From the NCBI GenBank assembly GCA_977017645.1, contig OZ360238.1:59334001-59398000 (forward strand): a DNA stretch of 64,000 nucleotides, written 5' to 3'. Source of the DNA: Torpedo marmorata. Taxonomy: Eukaryota. The notes beneath the pieces were generated by a model that was not told the DNA's origin, did not search any database, and saw only the letters and a list, made by a program, of their open reading frames with translations. The position numbers were made by a program, and so were the translations under genes. Shown here piece by piece: positions 49,030-61,440 of this stretch (the first letter of the stretch is position 1; each line of letters starts with the position of its first letter).

Positions 49030-49235
49030 TCGGGCACCATTACTTCTGAGTCAGAAAATCAGGAGTTCAACTGCCTTCTAGGATTTAAGCACATAAGCTA
49101 AGTCTGAAACTTTACATTGAGAGTATTGCACTCTCAGATGGCATGGGAGAAGGCCTTCGCAGGTGGATGCTGGATTTCCAACACACTATTTGATGAAGGA
49201 TGCAGGGCTACCACTCTATCCTGATGGACACTCCT
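49030..49235 (+). mobile_element. SacSINE1-like old SINE, 5' part
   Basis: tctgagtcagaa...gttcaa head and caggtggatg...cactattt Deu-like segment. Confidence 0.5.
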
Positions 49236-49249
49236 AATCAGTATATGTA

Positions 49250-49350
49250 GACTGAAAAACAGGAAATGCTGGCAACATTAAGCAGGATAGGCAGCATCTG
49301 TGGAAAGAGAAATAGAGTTAATGCATCCGCTTGAACACCCTTCGTCAGAA
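49250..49350 (-). mobile_element. Old Penelope-like fragment
   Basis: aaaaacaggaaatgctggcaacattaagcagg...ggcagcatct...cccttcgtcagaa; the minus strand has CTGACGAAGGG. Confidence 0.55.
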
Positions 49351-49932
49351 TTAAATCAGATTCATTGGTTTGTGAGATTTTGCAGTGCAGACATTGGGAT
49401 TTTATCATGAATTACATTTTAACAATAATAATGCCTTTGGGATGTAATCAAGCTGTAAAAAGTGTTAATATGAATTGTTTCCCATTCTCCAAATCAATAG
49501 GTACTCTCTGTGCAAATGAAATCACAGCATTGTTCTTAGAAATATTGGCTTGGATTTTATTGCTGCCATTGCACCACAAAACTGACAAACTACCTCTGGA
49601 ATGCATGCACTTAAATGCAAAAGTATAGAAGTTACTGTTAGTGATCCTTTCTTTTGTTCTGCCCTATTTTGTGGCCTCTAGTTTAATCCCAGAAATCAGC
49701 TAAAAATGACTCTTCTTGTATAATTCTCTGGATGATGCTTTGTTGCACAGCGTAAGTATGATGTAACAAGCCATAATTACTGCGCTGCCTGGACTCCAAA
49801 ACTAATTTTATATCTGTGGATTGTAATTCCCGTAAATAAATATTTCAAGATTTTAAGGATCTTAAAATAATAAGAATACTTACTTTATTAAACTTGTTTA
49901 TGATTATCCTATCTGTGATGCAATCTTTATTT

Positions 49933-50220
49933 GGGGCGGCACGGTTGGCGTAGCGGTTAGCGCAACGCCTTTACAGCGCCAGCGATCGGGACCGGGATTC
50001 GAATCCTGCGCTATCTATAAGGAGTTTGTACGTTCTCCCCGTGTCTGCATGGGTTTTCCCCGGGGGCTCCTGTTTCCTCCCACCATTTGAAATGTACTGG
50101 GGGTTGTAGGTTAATTGGGTGTAAATTTGACGGCACGGACACGTGGGCCGAAATGGCCTGTTACCGTGCTGTATGTCTAAATTTAAATTTAAATTTTTTA
50201 AATTTAATTTTTTAAAAAAC
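49933..50220 (+). mobile_element. tRNA-derived HE1-like (V-SINE) element
   Basis: A-box TGGCGTAGCGG, B-box GATTCGAATCC, central GGAGTTTGTACGTTCTCCCCGTGTCTGC, CR1-like tail gggccgaaatggcctgtt...gtgctgta and (AAATTT)n. Confidence 0.85.
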
Positions 50221-50427
50221 ATTTTAACTCTAAATCTAAATCTAAATAAATCATTGAGAATATTTAAAACATTGTTGTTGAACACCAATGTTCCTCATAG
50301 AACTGAGGCATTAATCAATGTCAGGGGCAGGGAAATCCATGCTACAGAAATTATTAGATTTCATTGGCTTGGTTTCCACACCAATGTGTGGTTACCAAGC
50401 AAGGCAGATGTTTCTTGGAAGTCATTT

Positions 50428-51716
50428 TTGCCATCAGAGTTAGATGTAGGGTTCAAAGAATGGTACAGATTAGGTATTAAAAATTTTAAAGATCTTTTTA
50501 TTCGAGATATCTTTGCTTCTTTTGAACAATTATCAACTAAATTTAATCTTTCTAATAGACATTTTTTTAGATATTTACAAGTTAGGCATTTTGTTCAGTC
50601 TAAACTTTTGGATTTTCCTCGAATTGCTGAGACAAATATTCTTGATTTATTGTTTAACTTACAGTTTGTTCATGGTGGATTAATATCATGTATTTACAAC
50701 GAGTTGTTGAATTTAAGATCAGTTTCAATGACTGGTATTAAGAATGATTGGGAACATGATTTGAATATAACTTTTTCAGATGAAGATTGGCATTCTACTC
50801 TTAGTTTGATTAATGATTCCTCATTTTGTGCAAGGCATTGTTTATTACAATTTAAAGTGGTACATAGAATACATATGTCCAAACTCAAATTATCTTGTTT
50901 CTCTGCAGATATTGACCCACTATGTGAGAAATGTAAAATTTTTGAAACTTCATTGATTCATATGTTTTGGGAATGTCCAAATTTGGGAAGATTCTGGGGA
51001 AATATTTTTCAAATTTTATCAACGATTTTTAAGTTCAAATTACAACCATGTCCATTAATTGCCTTGTTTGGTTATTCTCAAGCACCGGATATACCTCTAT
51101 TGGTAACTCAGGAGAAAGTTTTAGCCTTTACCATGTTGATAGCTAGACGAGCAATCTTATTGAAATGGAAAGAAGATTTTTCGCCTACTCATATACAGTG
51201 GTTACACGATGTAATGTCTTGTGTAAACTTAGAGAAAATTAGATACAACATTAAAACAATAACTTTCAATTTGATAAGATTTGGGGCCCATTCATGGAAT
51301 ATTATCATGATTGGAAGATTTAGGAAGTTTGGATGCTCCGAGGATTCTCTGTCTAGTGTCTGGAGGTCGCTACTTGATCCATATTTGTACCTTTTTTTTC
51401 AATGGCAACCTTGATTAGAGGAAGGGTTTAGATTAGAATTAGGTTCGTTTTGTTTTTTTTGTTGGACTTTTTTCTTTTTTTCTTTTTTACTATATTTTCT
51501 TCTTTTTTTTGAGTAATTAGGAAATGGGTTTGACTATGTCTGTTACTGTTTACCTTAAATCAAATAGAATTAACTTAGGTTTATATAGAAAATAGTTCTA
51601 TGTAGTTCCAATATGTTAGTTTACATGTATACGAAAAGATTTGTTATTTGTTTATTACAGATTATGTATGTATGATATATGTTAAACTCAATAAAAATAT
51701 TTTAAAAAGAAAGAAA
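50428..51716 (+). mobile_element. 5'-truncated L1-clade LINE (ORF2 C-terminus plus 3' UTR)
   Basis: FFRYLQVRHF, LLQFKVVHR and zinc knuckle CEKC...HMFWEC; AATAAA plus A-rich tail. 11-bp TSD GGAAGTCATTT (50417-50427, 51717-51727). Confidence 0.9.
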
Positions 51717-52050
51717 GGAAGTCATTTATTTTCCGGAAAGATGAAGCATATTGAAGTGATACATCATCTGAACATCTTCTCAAATGTATTTGTTTAATCA
51801 ACTGAAAATTTAGCTTCAACAGACTGAATCATGAGGAGTCGTTCAAAAGTTAATTCCATGGCATGTGATCAAACTGTTGTTTTTAATTGAGTTGTCCAAT
51901 GAAGAAAGATTGGGTGGGCTATACTTGTAACTATTGGAGTTTAGAAGAATGAGAGGTGACTTGATTGAAACATGTAAGAGCCTGACAGGTCTTAACATGA
52001 TGTGGAGAAGATGTTTCCTCTTGTGTGAAAATCTAAAACTAAAAGTAACT

Positions 52051-52945
52051 CATAGAGTTATGCAGCGCAGAAACACAGGCCCTTCTGCCCAATTTCTTTG
52101 TGCTGACATGTGTTAGTCCCATTTGTTTCCAAGTGGCCCATATGCCTCTAAACCAATGGTTCTCAACCTGTTTTTTACCCCACTCACATACCACCTTAAG
52201 TACCTGTAATCCCTTACTAACCACAGAGCATAGATGCCATAGGATGCCATAGGTGCTCTGTAGTTAGTAAGGGATTACTTAAGGTGGCATGTGAGTGGAA
52301 ATAAAAAGGTTGAGAACCACTGCTCTGAACTTTTCCTATCCATTTACCTGTGTAAATATTTTTTAAACCTTGTAACTGTAAAAGGTTGCCCCTCAAGCCC
52401 CCTTTAAACCTTCCCCCTCTCACTTTAAATCTTTGCCCTCTAGTTTTAGACTTCCCTACCTGGGAAAAAGATCTGTGACCATTCGCCTTATCTATGCCCT
52501 TAATTTTTTAGCATGCTACTATAAAGTCATTCTCCCCTCCAGCTTCCTATGTTCCAGGAAAAAAGGTCCCAGCCTATCTAGTCTCTCCTTCTAACATAAG
52601 CCCTCTACTGATAACATCCTTATGAATTTTTTCTGCACCCTTTCCAGCTTAATGGCATTCTTTTTTATCGCTAGGTGACCAGAAGTGCACACAATACTTC
52701 AAGTGTGTAAGTCCTGCCGAAGATTAACTTCCCAAAATGCAACACCTTCCACCCATCCAACTCAAATTGTATCTGCCACTCCTTGGCTCATTCCAAGACT
52801 TAGATCTTAGAAAACCTTCTCCACTCTCCACAGTAACGCAAATTACATACCATGCGAACTACATTCTTATCCAAGTCGTTAATATAGATGACAAACAACA
52901 GTGGACCCAACACTGGTCCCTGCAGCACACCAGTGCTAACAATCC
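52051..52945 (-). mobile_element. CR1 3' fragment in antisense orientation, containing a MITE
   Basis: Tail catagag...gaaacacaggcccttc on the + strand. Reverse RT remnants GVLQGPVLGPLLFVIYIND near 52880-52930. Confidence 0.7.
52154..52322. mobile_element. hAT-type palindromic MITE, monomer
   Basis: TIRs CAATGGTTCTCAACC / GGTTGAGAACCACTG; 8-bp TSD ctctaaac/ctctgaac. Confidence 0.85.
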
Positions 52946-53551
52946 TCCAATCTGTCACCCATTTAGGACAGAGATGAGGTGATTTTTTTTTAACCTCTTC
53001 AGACTTTCTCCGAAGGTTAGTGGAAGCAGTTTTTGAAGGTTTTTAAGACCGGGTAGGTTGTTTCTTGATAAGCAAAGTGGTGAGGTTACTGCAAGCAGAT
53101 CGGAATATTGGGTGGATATTACAATAAGATCAGCCACAATTTTATTGAATATAGGAGCAGGCTCAAGAGGTGAATTGGTCCCTTCTTGCCTATTTTTATG
53201 AGGATTGGTTCATTAAGACACCAGTGTTCAGTGTTGCATGCTTGGCAGTTCTGACACATGAGATTGAGAAATAGTGATTCTTTGAATTCTCTGAGTATTT
53301 ATCCATAAGTGGAATATTGGGCACAGTGGTTTTATATGTTAATATAAAATAGGACTTGCACTTTCTTTATTCTAATAGAATGAGACTATTTCCCAGAGCC
53401 ACTGAACGCAAACGAGAGTTTGGTCGTAGCCCAAGGCAAAATGCTATGTTCTTAGCAAGTAGGTATGAGCACAAGTGGAACTCTGAATGGTTGTGAAGAA
53501 ATCTAATATCACCCATTTATAATTTGGGTAATAAATTTATTATTTGGATTT

Positions 53552-53862
53552 GGAAAGAGATACAGGAGTATCAGAGCTAGCACCACCAGGCTGAGGAACA
53601 GCTTCCCACGGGCAGTGAGAATGCTGAACGACCAAAGGATCTGCCCACACTAACCATCTGAAACTCTCATATTCATGAAATAAAATTTATTTATTTATTT
53701 ATTTATCTGTACATATGAATACTTGTCCTGCATATGTATTGTTTGTCTGTATATGTGTTATGTCTGGTAATGTGTCTGCGTGTTTTGCACCGAGGACCGG
53801 AGAACGCTGTTTCGTCGGGTTGTACTTGTACAATCAGATGATAATAAACTTGACTTGACTTG
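53552..53862 (+). mobile_element. Rex1/Babar-like 3' end, (CTTGA)n tail
   Basis: GKRYRSIRASTTRLRNS remnant plus the shared 3' UTR. Confidence 0.85.
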
Positions 53863-55516
53863 GATAGTTTGATTGGTCAAGAATGGCTTCATGGCCTGAA
53901 TTTAAAAAATCCATAAAACTCATTCAATAAGCACACATTATACATTCTACTGCCACATACCCAAATCTATCAGGTTTAGTTCCACTGCTACATTTTTAGC
54001 TAAATTGTTTTATTTCATCATAGCTTCTCCTTGATATGTAATGTTAATACCTAAGGATTCATTGTGATATAACTTATGGGATTTCTTTAATAAACTTAAC
54101 AATACTTATGATAACAGAATGAATTATGTGCCCCGCACTGAAAAGTGAGCCTCACACTGTTCCAAAATTATTCCACTCTTGAAAACATATTGGTTATTCA
54201 TCTGATTCTATGCATCTCACTCCTTTTCTTTCTGGCAGCTTCACACTGGCTGCTCACCAGCCACAAATGTCAGGCTTATTTCATCACATTGGCATTCAAA
54301 CATAATTTTGTTTGGATTTTTTGTATCGCAATGGAAAACAGTGAGAAGTTGCTTCACAGGCAATGCATTCCATCCAGGCCTTCCCAAGCATGAGGTGCAA
54401 GATGACAGTATATCTTTCATGTGCGTGAAGGCTGTGTCAGTGAGAACTGCTATTCAGATTTTCAAATCACTGATACCTTCAATGGAGTGACGTTTCTACC
54501 TTTCTTGACATTACAGTGCATGTTTGCTGTTACAGTTCTCTTTTATTTGTATAAAGACATCCTACACATCCTGTACATAGCAACCTAGCTGGTGAGTTCT
54601 TTAAAAAACAAACAGAGACACATCATTTGATATTATGGCAACGACTAGAACACTTTACAAACAATGTGAAAAAAGAAGTATCAGTAAAGTATTTACATTA
54701 CAAGTTAAATAAGCACCACAGCAGTAGATTGAGGAGTTAATCCTGCACGCGAGCATACCCTTAATAAAGTGCTTTTGTTACATCAGGTTTTCAGCTTGGA
54801 ACGTAAGGCAACACGAAACTAGAAATGGCACTTTGGTCCATTTATGCTCATTCTGTATTATTGCTTACTCTCACCACAAACTCAATTCCCTTGATGTAAC
54901 CTTCATAGAATATATAAACTTTACCACAGCCCACAGGCAAAGTCATGTGCTGTAAATACAATAGGATGACAATAAGGCTTGACATTTCTATTGAAGTCAA
55001 TCAAGATTGAATTGCATTACTTATTATTTTTCGAGAATGCACAAGCTTACTGGAGGCAGAGCCAACTATTCTGTTCAATTAACTGTGCTCCAGATTTTTT
55101 GGCACAATTTTCCTACTATTTATCTCTGTTGTTCAAAATTATTGTTGAGTGCCAACTTAACTGAAAACCAAAGATGTTCTGTTGGTGCAGTCACAATGTA
55201 TCCACAATTGACTGAACCACAAAGACCAAGAAAGTCCCAAACTGCTCAGCACACATAGTTGCTCTGAAAAATTTTTTGATTTGGGTGGGGAAAACAGGTC
55301 AACGTTTTTTTGTGTTTTATTTGCTTTCAGTGACACTTGCTGGAATTAAATGCATGAATGATTGGTGTGGTAAGTCCAGACCTTAATATTGTCACAATTC
55401 AGTCACCATCATTTGTTAAGAATCGTACGTAAGTGATGGTCACCTGAGATGGATAATGGAAAGGAACTGGCACTTGCATGACTCAATTCCAATGAGGAAG
55501 AAAGGAGGGAAAATTA

Positions 55517-55675
55517 GAGCTATAGAGTTGTACAGCCTATAAACAGGCTCTCCAGTCTACGCCAGCCATCGTGCCGATTTCTGCCAATCCCATTTACCTG
55601 CATTAACTCCATAATCCTCTATGCCCTGCATACTCAAGCTCGTGTCCAGATGCCTTTTAAATGTGATACTGTTCC
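55517..55675 (-). mobile_element. Old CR1 3' end
   Basis: tagagttgtacagc...aaacaggc...aatcccatttacctgca...tccagatgccttttaaatgt. Confidence 0.55.
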
Positions 55676-56024
55676 TGACAGCTGATGAGAAAAAGTCCAA
55701 ACATCTTGGAAGATGATTTCACACCACTGAGTTTCAGTGATCTACTTTGACAGAGTATCTGCAAAAGTCAATACAAAAAAAATGCAATATCTATCTCTAT
55801 AATGAAAAAAAATCTGTTTTTCTTAATTTTTGTTAGGTGCTACTAGCTCTGGCCTTCTTAATTTACAGAAAAAGTTCCTGCATTATGATCAAAGCCTACA
55901 GATACAATGAACTGGCCTATCATCTCTTTTTTGGATATTTTATCTATTGTAAAATCAGACTGATAGCTTATCACAACTGAAATCTCCGTCAATGTTTCAC
56001 CTTCTTAATTTTAAAAAAATGTAA

Positions 56025-56286
56025 TATTTAAATTAAAAATTTAATTTTAAATTTAGACATACAGCACGGTATCAGGCAATTTCAGCCCACAAACCCGTGC
56101 CCCCCAATTACACCCAATTGACCTACAACTCCTGGTACGTTTTGAACGATGGGAAGAAACAGGAGCCCCCGGAGGAAACCCACGCAGACACGGGGAACGT
56201 ACAAACTCCTTACAGACAGCGCCAGATTCAAACCCTGGCCCCGATCGCTGGCACTGTAACAGTGTTGCACTAACTCTGCTGCCCCC
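56025..56286 (-). mobile_element. HE1-like tRNA SINE, copy 2
   Basis: Reverse-complement homolog of 49933-50220. Confidence 0.85.
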
Positions 56287-57390
56287 TTCTTCAACGAACA
56301 TTCACCAAAGCACCTACCAGTTTGTTTATGGTTGTGTAATTTGCATCTTTGGATTGCTTCCAAAAAAATCATGATTTTGAGTAATGACAAAGGAATTTTA
56401 AGCATGATCTGGGACCCAAGATATAGTGTAAAGATGGCTCTGGTAACTCTGTGTCCTGTATTCTTTAACCAATTAGTAATTGTCTAATTTGAACAAAAAA
56501 AGATAGAGAATAGATTTTAAAAATTGAGAATGAACCATTTTGTCTGCTTTTATTGGCCAGGTTTACCAACAAGTATAACTTGGAAACTATTGCAAAATGT
56601 TTGCTTTGGTTTTAGGAAATTGTTGCACAATGGCTTATGATTGACTCATTTACAAGCAACTCATTTAAAAGTAATTTAACTGCATATGAAATTTTGACCA
56701 TAGCAAAGTCTTCAGCGTAGAAAATGCTACCTGTTTTTAATTTTTAAATTTGACATTAGACTTCATTAAAGTGAAGAACATTTTTGATAGACCAAGGATC
56801 ATAAGGCATGTCATAACCATCGAAGTAGAACAAAAAAAATCAGGTAAATTTGGAAGCAATGGCTAAAGTCTCCCATTGAAAACTCACAAGGTTTTATTTC
56901 ATAAAAGAGATGATTATTACAGGAATAGAGTAATCATTTAAAAAATGATGCAAGTTTATCTATAATAAAAAATGCATGCAGTGCTGGTAAAAGGTATCTT
57001 AAATTTGCGGACAGTTTCTTACAACAGTCTTCCACTCTGCAGTAGATATACTTACACATGACTCATCACTTGTGGCTTACGGAATCCTGTTGTGAGGTAT
57101 ATTGTGAAACCATGGTTCCAAATTACATTCCTTTGATGTATTTTAAAGAGGTTGAAGGGCTGTGGTAAGCCTAGACACCAGGAGCTAAAGTGATTATTGC
57201 TCTAATCACTTGATGTATTACTTGTGTTTTCTTTTGGTTTGGGCAGTGATATATCTACAAGTCCAGAGTATTATATCTATAACCTGTATAAAATGCACAT
57301 TACAAATGCACGTAGATTACTGGGATGTGAGGTGCAAAGGGATGCACAAATGCAAAATGAGCAAACTGATTTCAGTGTCTGCTGCTGCTC

Positions 57391-57745
57391 GCTGGTAGAG
57401 CGCTCCTCTCGGTGTGTTTTCAAGTGCTATTCCAGAACCTTGATCACATAATCTAGTCTAGCGTTTTAGCACTACACTTCAGGAGGTGTCATCCTTCGAA
57501 TGAAATGTTAAACCAGAACACTGCCTTCCCACCCAGGTGGACATAGAAGACCACACAACAGTATTTCCAAGGCAGTCTGGGAAATTTTCCAGAGTCCTGC
57601 CCAACATTTATCCTTTACTTGATGTTGTGACTTATTTTATTGGTGTTTGTGAGCCCTTATTAACTGCGCTTCACCTGCATTACAACAGTGACTCCATTGA
57701 TTGTGAATAATTTTTATACAGTCTGAAGTTATGAAATGTAAATAT
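57391..57745 (+). mobile_element. SacSINE1/DeuSINE-like old SINE
   Basis: ggaggtgtcatccttcgaatgaaatgttaaacc...caggtggacatagaaga...gtcctgcccaacatttatcc...cattacaacagtgact. Confidence 0.65.
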
Positions 57746-57859
57746 GATTTTAAAAATTCCATATTCTTCTTTTCTAATTGTGAACTAATGTCCACACTGC
57801 AGTCCAATATGTGAAAAAATGTAGTAAAGTTATAAATTACTTTTCAGTTTTTAACTGGG

Positions 57860-58130
57860 AACACAGAGAGGCTGCAAATGCAGGAATCTGGTGAAAAGCA
57901 CAATCTGCTGGAGGAATTCAATGGGTCAAGCAGCATTAGTGGGAGAAAAAGTATGGTCAACATTTTGGGCTGGAACCCTTCACCAAAGCTGAGTGTTGCA
58001 GAGGGGAGACAGCGAGTATAACGAGGACAGAGGGAGGAGTTAGACAGGGGCCAATAGGGGATGGTGAACCAGAGAGGGGTGAAGGATGACAGACAGGGGC
58101 AGTTGATTGGCAGGTGCCAGACAAAAGGAG
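57860..58130 (-). mobile_element. Old Penelope-like fragment
   Basis: ctgcaaatgcaggaatctgg...tgctggaggaattca...gtcaacattttgggctggaacccttcacca. Confidence 0.6.
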
Positions 58131-59882
58131 AGAGAGAAAAGTTTTGTTTTCAGTTTTAAATTCAATTTCGCTGATAATTTATTTGTGCAATCAGATGGCC
58201 TGCATTTTTTTAAAACATGGAAATCAGACAGTTTTTTTCATCTGGAGACATTCTTGTACATTGCATCATTTGGCGATGGTAACCATTTTATGCATCTCTC
58301 AGAACACAGCATTAAAAGTTACGCCACTGCCACTTTGGCCATGCAAACCTGTTTTTTAAAAAAAAAACTGACTGGGCATCAATTTTGATTAAAATAAAAG
58401 TTTGAAGCTGTAATTTATTCTGTGAAATGTCTTTTGCTTTCTTAACATTGGAGTTTTGTTGGCAGTTAATTAGCGGAGATGTTGATTGTGTCAGGCTAGA
58501 TAACTCCGTTCACGATCTATGGAAGATCTGTTACATCAGGAAGATACTCTTTACTGTAGATAAACACCTACTTTATGCAGTTACTTCTGTCTTTTTTGAC
58601 AATTACTATAAAAAAATTGACAGTAGTGTAGCACATCTGTGACATTAAATGTCTCTGCGTTCTAGTGATTTCAAAATACATAAAGATTAATAGTGAATAG
58701 ACAAAAAATAAAATGTCTATCGTGATTTCTGATCTGAGTAATTATAAACAAGTTTGGAAATGATGGTAAAAAATCTAGAGCTAATTTACGGGAATATTAT
58801 TAGTATAGCATTTCAGAACGTTAGCCTTGATGTAGAACAGTTATAAAACTAGTTTAAATAATAATTATCCTTGGTGGTCTATGCAGGTGACATTTCAAAT
58901 TTTGAAAGAGTTCCTCCCCTTTGAAGGAATGTCACTATTTCAGTTTTCTTTAAGATGTAGAGGTAGGTAGCCACATTCCCCAAAGGTTTTGTTTGATTTC
59001 TTTTTTAAATGCAGCAATTTTATTTTAAAATACCATGGCTTAGCCTCAGCTGTTTTCACCTGCTTCTGTGCACCTGTTAATGTACAAATACATTGTGGCT
59101 ACTTAGAGCCTGTGGGTGGGTGAGGAGAGGGGGGCAGAGCCACTATTACCTCAGGCAACCACATTAACAGCAATTGGTCTGGTGGAGTTCCCCACAGCTT
59201 TTAATTATTTTGTTAAAGGAGAATCTGCCAATGTAAAGAATATTTTTAAAAAAAAGATTTTTTACTTAGGCAGATTACTATTCGTAATGCAATTGCCAAC
59301 AAATCCTGCCTTAGGCATACCGGATTTTTAACAATGTGAACTGTCCATGAAAGGTTCGTTGCAGTCAAGGTGAAGAACAAACTTCCATTTATATGGTATC
59401 TTGCACATCCTCAGGGCATCCCACAGCACCTTACGGCTAATGAATGAATTGTAATTGAAAGTCTCCTCAGCACTCTAAACTGCTGGGGCAGTTCAATATC
59501 AACCATTGTATGAATATACTGGCTTGTGAGATGGCATGGAGCAGCTTTTCAATTTATAAGAAATCTACACGACAATAATTATTCTTGTCCACTTTACTGC
59601 TCTATTCAAATAACTGCTTCCATCAAAATACAAAAGGATTAATAGTGAATTAACTAGAATAAACTAAAGAAGATCAGTACAGGTAAATGACAACATTCAT
59701 TTCACCTAATTTCATTTTCTTTGCATTGTAGTTATTGAGGTATATAAAAGGTGACCATTTAGTTTGCATTGTGTCTGATGTAATGCAATAGTGCAAAACT
59801 ATTTTTTCTACAAACACATTTTCCATACAGGTGTAGGCATGGATATAAATATACATTTATTGCTCAGACATAATTAGTCTCC

Positions 59883-60020
59883 AGATTCAAGATTCTAGAT
59901 TATTGTAATGTTGTAAAACAGAAGATGTAATATTACACAAATTTTCCATTACTATACCGTAAGGCAGACAAAGATGCGCCATCAGCAAGAAATTGCCCGG
60001 CGCCCCTTACAGTCAGAGAA
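59883..60020 (-). mobile_element. Tail-only fragment with a (GAATCTT)n end
   Basis: gattcaagattc...attattgtaa...taccgtaaggcagacaaag...gcgccccttacag, homologous to 781-903 and to the 5S-SINE tail. Confidence 0.65.
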
Positions 60021-61282
60021 TCTAGGGATTCCATAAAATTATAGGGCATCTAACTCCTCAACTCTTGACCATGTTCTTTTTAAAAAAATAATGTACACAG
60101 CATGTTTTCTTTTTATTCATTTATTTCTTCTAATTAGGACTGGCTGGTTGGATAAGTGATCACATATCTGAACAGAAGTGAGAAGCAATGTTACACAAAA
60201 ATATTTTACACCAATGTGTCATTTTTTAGTTATTTTTATTGTAAAAAGTAATAACAGACAGCCTGATAGTGAATGCTTGAAATGACAAGGCATTTGCTTC
60301 AGTATATATAAAATACTTGATAAGATATTTAAGGTCTGTTCAAAAACATCAAGAATTTTGCCTAAGTTGAATGAGAAAAGTAGTTGAGTCACATCGCTAA
60401 AATTTGCTTTGAATTCTCAGTGTGGGAAAGTGTGTCATATTATTTATCAATACAAGTAAATATGTGGCAGGATTCATATAAAAACTGGCCCCATTTTTTA
60501 AAATGTCACATATTTGTAACTCTATTAGAATTATCATAAGTCACGTCAAGATAGTGAATGCTAGATATTCTATGCAGGCAATATATTTTAACTGCAAGAT
60601 CCTTTACAAATGATAAAGAATATCATTTTTCATAGCTTTTTAAAAAAGGAAAATCAATGCAAAAGACAAAGAACAGTGACAATTAGGGTTGTCTTCTGCT
60701 ATTATTAGATAAAAAAGAATAGAAATTGAGCTACTCTAGTCATATTTCAGTAGATATCATTTTAAAATTGCTAAATCCAGTCAACATCACTTTTAATAAA
60801 AATGTTCATTAAATGACTTCGTTATCGCATCAAAGAAAAGAAATTAAACAGGTTTGTTAAACATTGTCTACAAGGAATAAAATAATCATGGATACTTATA
60901 TTCCCTTTTGCATCCAGCAGGATTCTCTAATATTAAACAAATGGAAATGTTAGCTGACATTTTGCTTAGAGCTACACCAGGACTATTTCCATCAGGACAC
61001 GGTGTCATTCATTTATTCACACACAAAAGTATGTCCTTGTGGTTAATGAGCAATAATCAACACTGGCTTGACTTTATTCCTTTGCTCCTAGCAATGTTAA
61101 ATACTGTGATGCAATCCCTTTGCTGAGACACTGGAGAATATGATTGAGAAGCAATGAAGCAAAGCCTCAATCCAAAAGCCACAGCTCAGGTTCCATTGTC
61201 ACTCAATCCACTTTATACTTTCATTGCTTTTTGGTATCGTTCTGCAAGGCACATCACAGTGGAAAAAAAAAATTAAACAGCA

Positions 61283-61440
61283 CTCATTTTCACATTTAAG
61301 AAAAATTTGGACAGGTACATGGATGGGAGGGGTATGGAGGGCTATGGACTGGGTGCAGGTCAGTAGAACTAGGCAGATTAATAGTTTGGCACAGACTAGA
61401 AGGGGCGAAGGGCCTGTTTTCTGTGCTGTAATGTTCTATC
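61283..61440 (+). mobile_element. CR1 3' end fragment
   Basis: FKKNLDRYMDGRGMEGYG remnant and ggcgaagggcctgttttctgtgctgta. Confidence 0.75.

Larger units (their letters stand above)
51895..53200 (+). mobile_element. Old CR1 3' fragment split by a second CR1
   Basis: LEFRRMRGDLIETCK at 51934. The continuation ccatttaggacagagatgagg resumes at ~52955 and ends with a CR1-type 3' UTR. Confidence 0.65.

Noticed and set aside
49933-50010. tRNA gene
   Set aside because: The A and B boxes continue into a SINE core and tail, and there is no proper acceptor stem.
50143-51414. 423-aa ORF as a host or domesticated gene
   Set aside because: It starts at a non-ATG codon in a SINE tail, crosses unique DNA, and then enters a 5'-truncated L1 bounded by an 11-bp TSD. 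This is a chance in-frame fusion.
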